From an uncultured bacterium (GTDB taxonomy: Bacteria > Verrucomicrobiota > Verrucomicrobiia > Limisphaerales > UBA8199), in the NCBI GenBank assembly GCA_963749495.1, contig CAVVMW010000012.1:512001-576000 (forward strand): a stretch of DNA of 64,000 nucleotides. Reading direction: 5' to 3'. Below, one piece after another: positions 10,913 to 19,958 of this stretch. Every line of letters starts with the position of its first letter. Within the stretch, counting starts at the first letter, position 1. The notes under the pieces are model-generated. The model was not told the origin of the DNA, did not search any database, and was given only the letters and a program-made list of their open reading frames with translations. Position numbers and translations under genes: made by a program.

Positions 10913-11241
10913 GGCCCAAAGGGCCGGCAGAATCCAGCCCAGGGCTGAGGCCGCCAGGCCGATGCCCTGGGAACATGCCCCTGGAGACCAGGTGCGCCCT
11001 GAAAGAATTCCCGGAACGAATTCGCGCTTTGCGCCCCTGAACCTCGACACTGCGTTCCCGTCCCGCAAAGCGTTTTGGACTGCCGCAGTCCAAAACCTTC
11101 GGACTTGGTGTCGGTTCATGGAGAGGGCGCCAGAGGGCTCTGGCGCCCTTTCAGGGCGCCGGGCCCTGGTTTGTGGCGAAACCCCAGGGCATCGGCCTGA
11201 CGGCCTCAGCCCTGGGCTAGGTTCTGGCGGCCCGTTGGGCC
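10913..11241. repeat. REPIN/MITE-like element with ~59-bp imperfect inverted repeats
   Basis: GGCCCAAAGGGCC...GATGCCCTGGG (10913-10971) versus its reverse complement at 11183-11241; inner inverted repeat GCGCCCTGAAAG/CTTTCAGGGCGC. Confidence 0.8.
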
Positions 11242-11375
11242 GCAAGGCAGCGCCGGGAAAGCGGGTGATTGTCTCCAAAGTCAATCCACAGCCTGACATT
11301 TCCTTTGCACACCCGCTTAGAGTCGAGGCGCGGCGAGGGGGCACAGTTTGGTTAGGGATTTGGAGACTGCGCCTT

Positions 11376-12914
11376 ATGCTGGCCGTCGCGGCGCTCTTGA
11401 TTTGGCCGCACTTTGCCCCAGCCGCCGGCCTGGCCGGCGCGGGCCGCCGCCCCAATGTCCTCTTCATCGTCGCTGACGACCTCAACACCCGCATCGGCTG
11501 CTACGGCGAGCCGCTCGTCCAGACGCCCGCGCTCGATCGCCTGGCTGGCCGGGGCGTGCGATTTGACCGCGCTTATTGCCAATTCCCCCTCTGCAATCCC
11601 TCCCGCGTTTCGCTGCTGCTGGGGCGTTACCCGACCAGCACTGAGACGGTGGACTTCGCCTGGCCCGCCTTGCTTGGACGCGATTGGGTGACGCTGCCGG
11701 AGCATTTCCGCAAGAGCGGCTACCAGGTGCACCTGCTCGGAAAGGTCTATCATTTCGACAAAGACCTGATGAAACATTGGTTTGCCGAGGAACCGCCGGG
11801 CGACGAGTACCCGCCCGATTGGGGCGCGGGGGAGAAATGGGTCCGCAAGAGCCAGGAGGTCCATGCTGATATGCTGGCGGACCTGACTCGTTACGAGCCG
11901 TATCGGACGCTGGCGCCGCCCTCGACGGATTTCGCCAGGATGCTCCGCACCTGGGCCAATGTGTTCGGCCCCGTGCCGAACGAGGAAGAAGCGGGCGCCG
12001 AGGCCAAAGCCAAGGCCTACGAATGGACGGCAGACGTGAAGAACGCCAACGCCGCAGTCGCCCAACTCGACCGCTGGGCAGGGTCGGACAAACCGTTCTT
12101 CCTGGGCGTCGGTTTCTACAAGCCGCACGTGCCGCTGCGGGCGCCCAAGCGGTTCTTCGACCTTTACGACGCGGACAAGATTCCGTTGCCGGCCGACTTC
12201 GCCCCGACGCCGACGGCCGACAATGCGGTGCCGCGTTACGCGCTGCGCGAGAACCTGGACCTGTTCTTCGAAGAACGCGTCAGCCCCCAGCGCGCTTGAG
12301 AGGCCATCGCCGCTTACTACGCCTGCACCAGTTTCATGGACCAGCAATTGGGCCGCGTCCTGGACGCCCTTGATCGCTTGGGGCTGCGCGACAATACCAT
12401 TATCGTCCTCTGGGGCGACCATGGCTGGCACCTGGGTGAGAAAGGGATGTGGGCCAAAGGGACGCTCTTCGAGCCGTCGGCCCATGCACCGCTCATCATC
12501 GTTGACCCGCGCCGGAAGACTGCCGGCCGGGCCTGCGCCCGCGTTGTGGAATTCGTCGATGTCTATCCCACGTTGGTGGAGTTGTGCGGAACCAAGATGC
12601 CGCCGGGGCTGGAGGGCAAGAGCCTGGTCCCCTTGTTGGACAATCCGGCGGCGACTTGGGACCGGCCTGCCTTCACTCTGGTGGCGCGCGAGGATTGGCT
12701 TGGCCGGTCAGTCCGGACCGAGCAATGGTCTTACACCGAGTGGGATGAGGGACGCCGGGGCACACAGTTGTATGACCTGCAGGCCGATCCCAATGAACTC
12801 AAGAACCTCGCAAAGGACCCGGCGAAGGCCGGCGTGGTGAGCCAACTGCGCAAACTGCTCCGCGCCGGACCCGTGGCGAAAGAATCGCCCGTCCGCGCGC
12901 ATCATCCACTTTGA
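11376..12914 (+). pseudogene. Sulfatase (iduronate-2-sulfatase-like) with an internal stop
   Basis: NVLFIVADD, CNPSR, GKVYH, YKPH and GDHGW motifs. In-frame TGA at 12297-99 in QRA*EAIAAYYA (probably CGA>TGA). Confidence 0.85.
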
Positions 12915-13081
12915 AGCACGCGTGCCGTGACAGGAAGAAGCACTGCCCGGTGGCTTGCAGGAACTCATCGGCCCCGGATCACTCAAGCCGCGGCGAATCG
13001 ATCTAAGCGTTTTTTGCGTGCGTTCACTGCCGATTCCGTGTAAACCTCACCTCAACCATTGGTTGCAGAGGGTGCTGTCAT

Positions 13082-16000
13082 GTGAAGCTGGATGAGCTAA
13101 GACCGAACAAGATCCTCCGAGGCCCGCTTTTCCCTGAGCCCGTGCAGGTCATCGTCACCATGCCCATGGGGGCCGGGGTGAAGCTGATCGGCAAGGGCCT
13201 CCAGACGAGCAAGGTGTTTGAGGTTGTACTCACGCCAGAGAAACTCGCGCTACTCGAAACCACCCCCGACACCGAGCCGTTCGACGGCGACTCCAAAATG
13301 TTCCGCCTGGGCATCGAGGCCATGCGCCTTGCCCTCGCCTTCGAGTACGACCCCTACTTCTCGCTCTCCATCGCGCGCGTTGACCCGCTCCCGCACCAGC
13401 TCGAAGCGGTTTACGACTACTTCCTCCGCCTGCCCCGCATCCGGTTCCTGCTGGCAGACGACCCTGGCGCCGGCAAGACCATCATGGCCGGCCTGCTCAT
13501 CAAGGAGCTCAAGATTCGCGGCCTGGTCAAACGCATCCTCATCATCGCGCCCGCCAGCCTCTCCTTCCAGTGGCAGCGCGAGATGAAGGACAAGTTCCGC
13601 GAAAACTTCGAAATCATCCGTAGCGACATCCTCCGGGCCAACTACGGCTCCAATCCCTGGCAGGACAAAAACCAGGTCGTCACCTCCGTTTCCTGGGTTT
13701 CCCGCATCGAAGACGCCAAGGAAAGCCTCCTCCGCAGTCATTGGGACCTCATCATCGTGGACGAGGCCCACAAAATGAGCGCCGCCAGCCGCGACAAAAA
13801 AACCCTCGCCTACCAGCTCGGCGAGGAACTGTCGCGCATGACCGACCACTTCCTCCTGATGACCGCTACCCCGCACAAGGGGGACCCCGACCACTTCTGC
13901 CTGTTTCTCGAGCTGCTTGACCGCGACGTCTATGGCGACGTGAAGAGTTTGGAGGAGGCGATGAAGAAGCACGAGGCCCCGTTCTACCTCCGCCGCGTCA
14001 AAGAAGCCCTGGTCACCTTTCCGGACCCCGATACCGGAAAGGTCAAAAAGCTCTTCACAGAACGCGTCGTCCAAACCACCGAGTTCCAGGTCACCGAAAC
14101 GGGCGAGGACTGCGAAGCGGATTTTTACGATGCCCTGACCCGGTTCGTTGAGGACCAGTCCATCAAAGCAGCGTCCGAGAACTCCGCCCGTGGCCGGGCG
14201 CTCGGCTTCACCATGGCCATGCTCCAGCGCCGTTTTGCCTCCAGCATTTACGCCGTCCGCCGCAGCCTGGAGCGCATGAAGGAAAAGCGCGAAAAGATTC
14301 TGGCGGACCCCGAAGCCTATCGCCAGGAGCAGATTAACCGCCGGTTGCCGGAAGACTTCGAGGACCTCGCCGACGCGGAACGCCAGGCCGTCCTCGACGA
14401 ACTTGAGGAACTGGTCTTCTCCTACGACCCGGCCTCGTTGCGTGATGAAATCGTTGATCTCACGAAGCTGATTGACAAAGCCCGGCGTCTCGAAGATGCC
14501 GAAGTCGAATCCAAGCTCGTGAAACTCCGTGAGCTGCTGCAAGACCGGGGCGTTTTCACCGATCCGAAAATGAAGCTGCTCCTGTTCACCGAGCACAAGG
14601 ACACGCTCGACTATCTCGCGGGTGACGGTAAAGACGGGCGGCCCTTGGGCAAACTCGTGAAGTGGGGCCTCAGCCTCACGCAAATTCATGGCGGGATGAA
14701 GATCGGCGACCGCGACACACCCGGCACCCGCATCCATGCCGAGCGGGAGTTCCGCGAATCCGCCCAGGTCCTCGTCGCCACGGAAGCCGCGGGCGAAGGC
14801 ATCAATCTGCAGTTCTGCTGGTTCATGATTAACTACGACGTGCCTTGGAATTTTGTTCGCCTGGAGCAGCGCATGGGCCGCATCCACCGCTACGGCCAGG
14901 AGAAAGACTGTCTCATACTCAACTTTGTCTCGACCAGCACCCGTGAAGGCCGCGTAATGCAGAAGATCTTCGAAAGGGTTAAGGCGGCAGAAGACGACCT
15001 GGACCCCCAGCGAACCGGCAAAGTGTTCAATGTATTGGGCGACGTTTTCCCCGCAAACCTCGTCGAGAAAATGATACGCGACATGTACGCGCGAAACCAA
15101 ACCGAGGAGGTCATCAAGCAGCGCATCGTCGAGGGAGTGGATACAGCCCGTTTCCAGCGCATCACCGACTCAACCCTCGAAGGCCTCGCCAAGCGGGAGC
15201 TGAACCTCTCTGCCATCATTGGCAAATCCGCCGAGGCCAAGGAACGCCGCCTCGTGCCCGAGGTGATCGAAGACTTCTTCGTCCAGGCCGCCCCCACCTC
15301 CGGCATCCAGCTACGGCACGTGGCGTCCGAGGGTCTCCCTCGCCCCCTCCGAGGGGGAGAGGGCTGGGGTGAGGGGGCATCTTCATCGCTTCCCAGTTCT
15401 CACACCTACCGTATCGGCCGCGTTCCACGCCAGCTCTGGCCCATCGGCGAAAGGCTTGAACCCCGCTTCGGCAAACTCGGGCACGAATACAGAAACGTCG
15501 TTTTCGACAAGCAACTCCTGCCCAAGGACCCCACCCTGGAGTGGGTCACCCCCGGCCACCCTCTGTTCGAGGCCGTCCGCGAGGACCTGCTGGAGAACGC
15601 CGCCCCGGACCTCCAGCGCGGCAGCATCTTTTACGACCTGCACGCCAGCGCCCCGTACCGCCTCGATTTCTTCGTGGCCTCGGTCAAGGATGGCCGCGAC
15701 AACCAGATCCACCGCCGGCTGTTCGCCGTCCAGACGGAGCAAACCGGCCAGATGAGCGTCAAACAGCCCACCGTCCTCCTCGACCTCGCGGTGGCTCCCG
15801 CAGGGAGTGGAGCAGGCATCTTGCCTGCTCTGGAGGGTGGCTCAGGCTTCCAGCCTGAGGGCGGTGAGCGGACTCAGGAGGGAGCAGGCAAGACGCCTGT
15901 TCCACACTTCGAGCCCCTAAACAAAGCAGCCGAAATCCACAAACACCGCCGCTGGTTGCCGCATTGGGAACAGGACGGCTGCACATACTTTATCACCTTC

Positions 16001-17719
16001 CGGCTCGCCGATTCCATACCGCAGGAGAAGCTCAAAGCCTGGGAGGAGCAGAAGGGAATCTGGCTAAGACATCACCAGCAGCCGTGGTCGGAAAAGACCG
16101 CGGGCGAATACGAGGAACGGTTTGTAGAAGGGTTGCAGAAATGGCTGGATGCCGGCTACGGCTCGTGTGCCCTCCAGGATGGCGCGGTCCGCACCATAGT
16201 CGAGAATGCGCTGCGGCATTTCGACGGCCAACGTTATGCCCTGGACGAATTTGTCATTATGCCCAACCACGTCCATCTCCTGGTTCAGCCGATGGTCGGC
16301 TTCTCGCTTTCGAACATCCTGCATTCCTGGAAATCATTCAGCTCCAATGTCATCAACAAGCAACTGGGCCGTTCGGGAACATTTTGGCTCGACGAAAACT
16401 TCGATCACGCCGTCCGCAGCCTGAGCCAGTTCAATCACTTCCGCCGTTATATTGCGGAGAACCCAACCCAGGCGCATTTGCGCCCCGCCAGCTTTGCCCT
16501 GGGTCGTGGAACAGGCATCCTGCCTGCCTTGGAAGATTCCGCAGCATGGAGGCCCCCGGCACAAACCGGGGAAGGCAGGCAAGATGCCTGCTCCACACTG
16601 CCGGACCGGCGCGCGATCGAAGCGTTTCTCATCGAGCACGCCCTCAACCCGATGCTCGCGGAGGTCACCACCCAGCGCGCCAGGGAGACACAAATCATCA
16701 CCCGGCACCTCGAAATCAGCCTTAACGAACTCATCAACCGCCAGCAGGTGCGCCTCGGCGAGCTGTCCGAAATGCAGGAGCGCGGCCTGTCTGCCGACAG
16801 GCAGGCGACAACCTCCCAGCCGCTGGCCGCCAACATCAAGCAGACGGAGGACCGGATCGACGAACTGAACGCCCGCCTGGAGCACCGCCGCGCCGAGCTT
16901 GAGCGCGAGCGCGAATGCATGATCGGCGACATCCAGCACGTTGCCCGGGCTTGGGTGCTTCCGCACCCCGAGCGCAAGACCCCGCAAATCGCCGCCATGG
17001 TCTCGGACCCCGAAATCGAGCGCATCGCGGTCCAGTTCGCCATCAAGCATGAGGAGGCCCAGGGCCGCGCCGTCGAAAGCGTCGAGGCCGACAACCGTGG
17101 GTTTGACCTCATCTCGCGCACATTCGAGCTTCCCGGCCAGAGTCCCGGCGTCTTCTATGTGTACGCCATCCTTTGCAAAGACGATAGGGTCTATATCGGC
17201 CAGACCGAGGACCTCGCTCAGCGATGGGCCGAACATCGCACCGGACGAGGGGCCGACTGGACCAAATCCCACGGTACTCGCTACGTCCTGCACTATGAGC
17301 AGATGTCGAGTCGGGAGGCCGCAGTCGAACTTGAGCGCAGATGGAAGACCGGCTCTGGCCGGGAGGCTCTCAGGGCAAAGACCCAGACCGGCCACCTGCC
17401 TGCCGGCAGGCAGGTCGACGTCCGTTTCATCGAAGTCAAAGGCCGCGCCGACACCGGCGACATCGCCCTCACGTCGAACGAGTACAACACCGCCAAGCGC
17501 CTCAAAAAGGACTACTACCTGTATATAGTACTGCACTGCGCCCCCGCCTGCCGGCAGGCAGGGCAAGACCCCTCGCTCAATATTTTCAGAGACCCCGCCA
17601 TCCTCGACTGGCAACCCATCGTCAAAGTCGAACACTACCGTCTCAATCAAGATTCCATCAAGCACCCGGTGGAACTGAAAGAGGACCCGGTTATCTATCG
17701 CGCTGGAGGCAGCGTATGA
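13082..17719 (+). CDS. SNF2-family helicase with C-terminal DUF3883 nuclease, carrying in-frame RAYT and GIY-YIG insertions
   Basis: LADDPGAGKT, DEAH, TATPH, EGINLQ, QRMGRIHRYGQ; C-terminal GFDLIS...FIEVKGRA. Confidence 0.92.
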   Translation: MKLDELRPNKILRGPLFPEPVQVIVTMPMGAGVKLIGKGLQTSKVFEVVLTPEKLALLETTPDTEPFDGDSKMFRLGIEAMRLALAFEYDPYFSLSIARVDPLPHQLEAVYDYFLRLPRIRFLLADDPGAGKTIMAGLLIKELKIRGLVKRILIIAPASLSFQWQREMKDKFRENFEIIRSDILRANYGSNPWQDKNQVVTSVSWVSRIEDAKESLLRSHWDLIIVDEAHKMSAASRDKKTLAYQLGEELSRMTDHFLLMTATPHKGDPDHFCLFLELLDRDVYGDVKSLEEAMKKHEAPFYLRRVKEALVTFPDPDTGKVKKLFTERVVQTTEFQVTETGEDCEADFYDALTRFVEDQSIKAASENSARGRALGFTMAMLQRRFASSIYAVRRSLERMKEKREKILADPEAYRQEQINRRLPEDFEDLADAERQAVLDELEELVFSYDPASLRDEIVDLTKLIDKARRLEDAEVESKLVKLRELLQDRGVFTDPKMKLLLFTEHKDTLDYLAGDGKDGRPLGKLVKWGLSLTQIHGGMKIGDRDTPGTRIHAEREFRESAQVLVATEAAGEGINLQFCWFMINYDVPWNFVRLEQRMGRIHRYGQEKDCLILNFVSTSTREGRVMQKIFERVKAAEDDLDPQRTGKVFNVLGDVFPANLVEKMIRDMYARNQTEEVIKQRIVEGVDTARFQRITDSTLEGLAKRELNLSAIIGKSAEAKERRLVPEVIEDFFVQAAPTSGIQLRHVASEGLPRPLRGGEGWGEGASSSLPSSHTYRIGRVPRQLWPIGERLEPRFGKLGHEYRNVVFDKQLLPKDPTLEWVTPGHPLFEAVREDLLENAAPDLQRGSIFYDLHASAPYRLDFFVASVKDGRDNQIHRRLFAVQTEQTGQMSVKQPTVLLDLAVAPAGSGAGILPALEGGSGFQPEGGERTQEGAGKTPVPHFEPLNKAAEIHKHRRWLPHWEQDGCTYFITFRLADSIPQEKLKAWEEQKGIWLRHHQQPWSEKTAGEYEERFVEGLQKWLDAGYGSCALQDGAVRTIVENALRHFDGQRYALDEFVIMPNHVHLLVQPMVGFSLSNILHSWKSFSSNVINKQLGRSGTFWLDENFDHAVRSLSQFNHFRRYIAENPTQAHLRPASFALGRGTGILPALEDSAAWRPPAQTGEGRQDACSTLPDRRAIEAFLIEHALNPMLAEVTTQRARETQIITRHLEISLNELINRQQVRLGELSEMQERGLSADRQATTSQPLAANIKQTEDRIDELNARLEHRRAELERERECMIGDIQHVARAWVLPHPERKTPQIAAMVSDPEIERIAVQFAIKHEEAQGRAVESVEADNRGFDLISRTFELPGQSPGVFYVYAILCKDDRVYIGQTEDLAQRWAEHRTGRGADWTKSHGTRYVLHYEQMSSREAAVELERRWKTGSGREALRAKTQTGHLPAGRQVDVRFIEVKGRADTGDIALTSNEYNTAKRLKKDYYLYIVLHCAPACRQAGQDPSLNIFRDPAILDWQPIVKVEHYRLNQDSIKHPVELKEDPVIYRAGGSV
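15334..15376 (-). repeat. CCCTCACCCC-type palindromic repeat, in frame in the helicase
   Basis: CCCTCGCCCCCT-CCG-AGGGGGAGAGGG-CTGGGGTGAGGGG; encodes LPRPLRGGEGWGEG. Confidence 0.85.
15807..16596 (+). mobile_element. REP-flanked RAYT (Y1 HUH transposase) module fused in frame inside the helicase
   Basis: LPHW..YFITFRL, FVIMPNHVHLL (HUH), WKSFS, FW..FDHAVR, RYIAENP. Five GTGG-hairpin REPs at 15807, 15837, 15882, 16506 and 16574. Confidence 0.88.
17120..17415 (+). mobile_element. GIY-YIG nuclease domain inserted in frame in DUF3883, ending in a 22-bp perfect palindrome
   Basis: FYVYAILCKDDRVYIGQTEDLAQRWAEH...EAAVELERRWK; ACCTGCCTGCCGGCAGGCAGGT at 17394-17415. Confidence 0.8.
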
Positions 17720-18183
17720 GCAACCTCCACCAGGGTATCGCGGAGACAAGAGCCCTGCTGCATGCTGCTGGCAAGCAGTTGCACGGCATCACTCAGGACG
17801 CAGCCATCATGGCCGAAACCTCGGTGGAGACTGAGGCCGTGATTGAATCGGTCGCTGAGGCCATCGGCGCGGCTCTTCGCCGGCTTGAGTCCATCGCCTC
17901 CGAAAAAGCGCCATCTGCTGCGGTCCCTGGCGGGCCGACTCGCCAGCAAGGGCAATTCCTGGCGTTTATCCGCGAATACATGATGCGGAACCAAGCCGGG
18001 GTTGCTCCCCGTCATGCCGACCTCCAGCGGTTTTTCAACCTAACCGCTCCCGCGGTAAATTCGATGCTGATTCGGCTGGAGCAACGGGGATTCATCCGCC
18101 GCGTCGCCGGCAAGGCGCGCGCCATCGAACTCGTCATTAAGCCCGATTCGATTCCGCCACTCGACCGGCCTTTCAAATTCTGA
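17716..18183 (+). CDS. Protein with a C-terminal LexA/MarR-like winged-helix DNA-binding domain
   Basis: ATGA overlap with the helicase stop; PTRQQGQFLAFIREY...AP..ADLQRFF...LEQRGFIRR..GKARAIEL. Confidence 0.75.
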   Translation: MSNLHQGIAETRALLHAAGKQLHGITQDAAIMAETSVETEAVIESVAEAIGAALRRLESIASEKAPSAAVPGGPTRQQGQFLAFIREYMMRNQAGVAPRHADLQRFFNLTAPAVNSMLIRLEQRGFIRRVAGKARAIELVIKPDSIPPLDRPFKF

Positions 18184-18199
18184 CAAGCTCTTCACCCCC

Positions 18200-19753
18200 A
18201 TGACAACACCGGCCAAACTCCGCGTCTTTGTCAGTTCAGTTCAGAAGGAGCTGGAACACGAGCGCGCCGCCGCCGCCCAACTCATTTCCTTTGATCCGTT
18301 CCTGCTTAAGCACTGCGAGGCCGTCCTCTACGACAAGGAACCCCCGGTTGGTCGCCCGAACCCGAAGGCTTACCTCGATTGCCTCCGGTCCTGCCAAATC
18401 TATCTGCTGATTCTCGATGTCGAATACGGCCGCCCCGCCGGAGACCTCTCAGCTACTCACCAGGAATACCGGTTGGCTCAGCAGACGAAACTGCCGACCC
18501 TGGTGTTTATCCGCGGGCTGGACAGCAGGCGGGACGATGCCCGCGAGGCCAAGACGAAGGAGTTCGTCAACGAAATAAAGCGCGACGGCCACAAGTACGT
18601 CCGGTTTCACGATCGCGAAGACCTCAGGCTCGCCGTTCGTTCCGGCCTTTACTCGGTGCTGGAAAAAGAATTCAACCTCAAAGCGAGCCAGGAGGATTCT
18701 GAGGATGGCGAGCAGCTCATCGAAGTGGCTTCGACTTTCGAGACCGCACCGATCCCCGACGTGTCGGCACAGTCATTGGACGCGGCGGCGCTGGCCAGCT
18801 TCGTCGAGGCAGTGATCGAGCAACCAGAAATGCGCATCTGGGACGACGCCCCCGAGCACGCCCTGGTGACGCGCGGTCTGGCGGTGCAGCGTCCTGGCGA
18901 ACCGGCCATCGTCAGCCGTGCCGCCTACCTCCTCTTCGCTCCGCGCCCCGCCAACCGCTTCCCGCAGGCTGAAATTTTGGTGGACGCCTACCCCGAGACC
19001 GAAGTTTCAGGCAAGCCGCGCGGCCAACTCAACGTCAATGCCCCTCTCTTGGCTGCCATCGAGCAAATCCTGGAGTTTGCGGACAAGCACACCTTTCATC
19101 CCACGCGCGTGGTCGGCATCAATAACCTCACCCTTGACGAGTACCCGGTCGGCGCGCTGCGCGAAGCCCTCGTCAATGCTGTCGCCCACCGAAATTACGA
19201 GGACGCCAGCCGCAAAACCAACGTGCAGGTCTTCTCCGACCGCATTGTTGTGGCCAGTCCCGGCTACCCGCCCGCACCCTTGACACTCGCCAAGCTCCGC
19301 AAAGGCAACTACCGCGCCTGCTCACGCAACCCTCTGGTCGCCCAGTCCCTTGCCACCCTCAAACTCATGGAACAACGCGGCAGCGGCTTTGCCCGGATGC
19401 GCGACGCCATGCTCAACCACGGCCTTGACGTTCCCACTTTCGCCGAGCAGGACGGCTATTTCGTAGTCACCTTCCCGGGCCCCAACGGCAATTACGAGCG
19501 GCTCAAGGTTGCCGAAGGTACTCCCGGCCTCGTCTCCCCAGCCGTCGAAGCTCAGCTCAACGACCGGCAGAAAGCCATTATGGTTGAGGCCCAAAAAGCC
19601 GGCTCAGTTACGAGCGGCTGGTGCCGAAAACGTTTTGGCGTCACCTACAACACGGCCTACCTCGACCTATCAGACCTGGTTGAACGGAAACTCCTGGTCC
19701 AGGCGGGCAAGGGGAGGGCTACTCGCTACCAACTGGCCCCCGCCAAAACCTGA
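18200..19753 (+). CDS. DUF4062 + RecG-C/HATPase_c_4-like ATP-binding domain + C-terminal wHTH protein
   Basis: RVFVSSVQKEL, EYPVGALREALVNAVAHRNY, RNPLVA, MEQRGSG, TAYLDLSDLV...GKGRATRY. Confidence 0.85.
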   Translation: MTTPAKLRVFVSSVQKELEHERAAAAQLISFDPFLLKHCEAVLYDKEPPVGRPNPKAYLDCLRSCQIYLLILDVEYGRPAGDLSATHQEYRLAQQTKLPTLVFIRGLDSRRDDAREAKTKEFVNEIKRDGHKYVRFHDREDLRLAVRSGLYSVLEKEFNLKASQEDSEDGEQLIEVASTFETAPIPDVSAQSLDAAALASFVEAVIEQPEMRIWDDAPEHALVTRGLAVQRPGEPAIVSRAAYLLFAPRPANRFPQAEILVDAYPETEVSGKPRGQLNVNAPLLAAIEQILEFADKHTFHPTRVVGINNLTLDEYPVGALREALVNAVAHRNYEDASRKTNVQVFSDRIVVASPGYPPAPLTLAKLRKGNYRACSRNPLVAQSLATLKLMEQRGSGFARMRDAMLNHGLDVPTFAEQDGYFVVTFPGPNGNYERLKVAEGTPGLVSPAVEAQLNDRQKAIMVEAQKAGSVTSGWCRKRFGVTYNTAYLDLSDLVERKLLVQAGKGRATRYQLAPAKT

Positions 19754-19916
19754 ATTATCGAAATCTATCGATGAAATCGGCCAATCTATCGATTTGTGAC
19801 CCCCGGCGGGTGCCTCCAACGAATTATCGAAAACTATCGAAGATTTCGCGAAATCTATCGAAACGGGTCCGCCAAACCGTCCGACAATCGTCCGATGTTT
19901 TAGTTGATTCGTCCGA
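19752..19916. repeat. Phased direct-repeat arrays (6 x TATCGA, then 4 x GTCCG)
   Basis: TATCGA at 19756, 19766, 19787, 19825, 19835, 19856; GTCCG at 19867, 19879, 19890, 19911. Confidence 0.75.
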
Positions 19917-19925
19917 TCAGCTCAC

Positions 19926-19953
19926 TTCAGCCCTTAGCCTTCAGCCTTTAGCC
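19926..19953. repeat. Heptamer tandem repeat (4 x YTYAGCC)
   Basis: TTCAGCC CTTAGCC TTCAGCC TTTAGCC immediately before the methylase start. Confidence 0.7.
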
Positions 19954-19958
19954 CTCGC

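Noticed and set aside
10731..11375. Long N-terminal extension of the sulfatase ORF
   Set aside because: It runs through intergenic repeats; the signal peptide starts near 11376.
12297..12299. Sulfatase TGA as selenocysteine
   Set aside because: The context QRA*EAIAAYY fits Arg (CGA>TGA), the site is far from the catalytic Cys, and no clear hairpin follows.
15807..17415. Helicase insertions as inteins or self-splicing introns
   Set aside because: No Cys/Ser start with a His-Asn end, no LAGLIDADG motif and no group I/II features are visible.
19752..19916. CRISPR array
   Set aside because: The repeats are only 5-20 bp, there are no regular unique spacers, and no cas genes are present.
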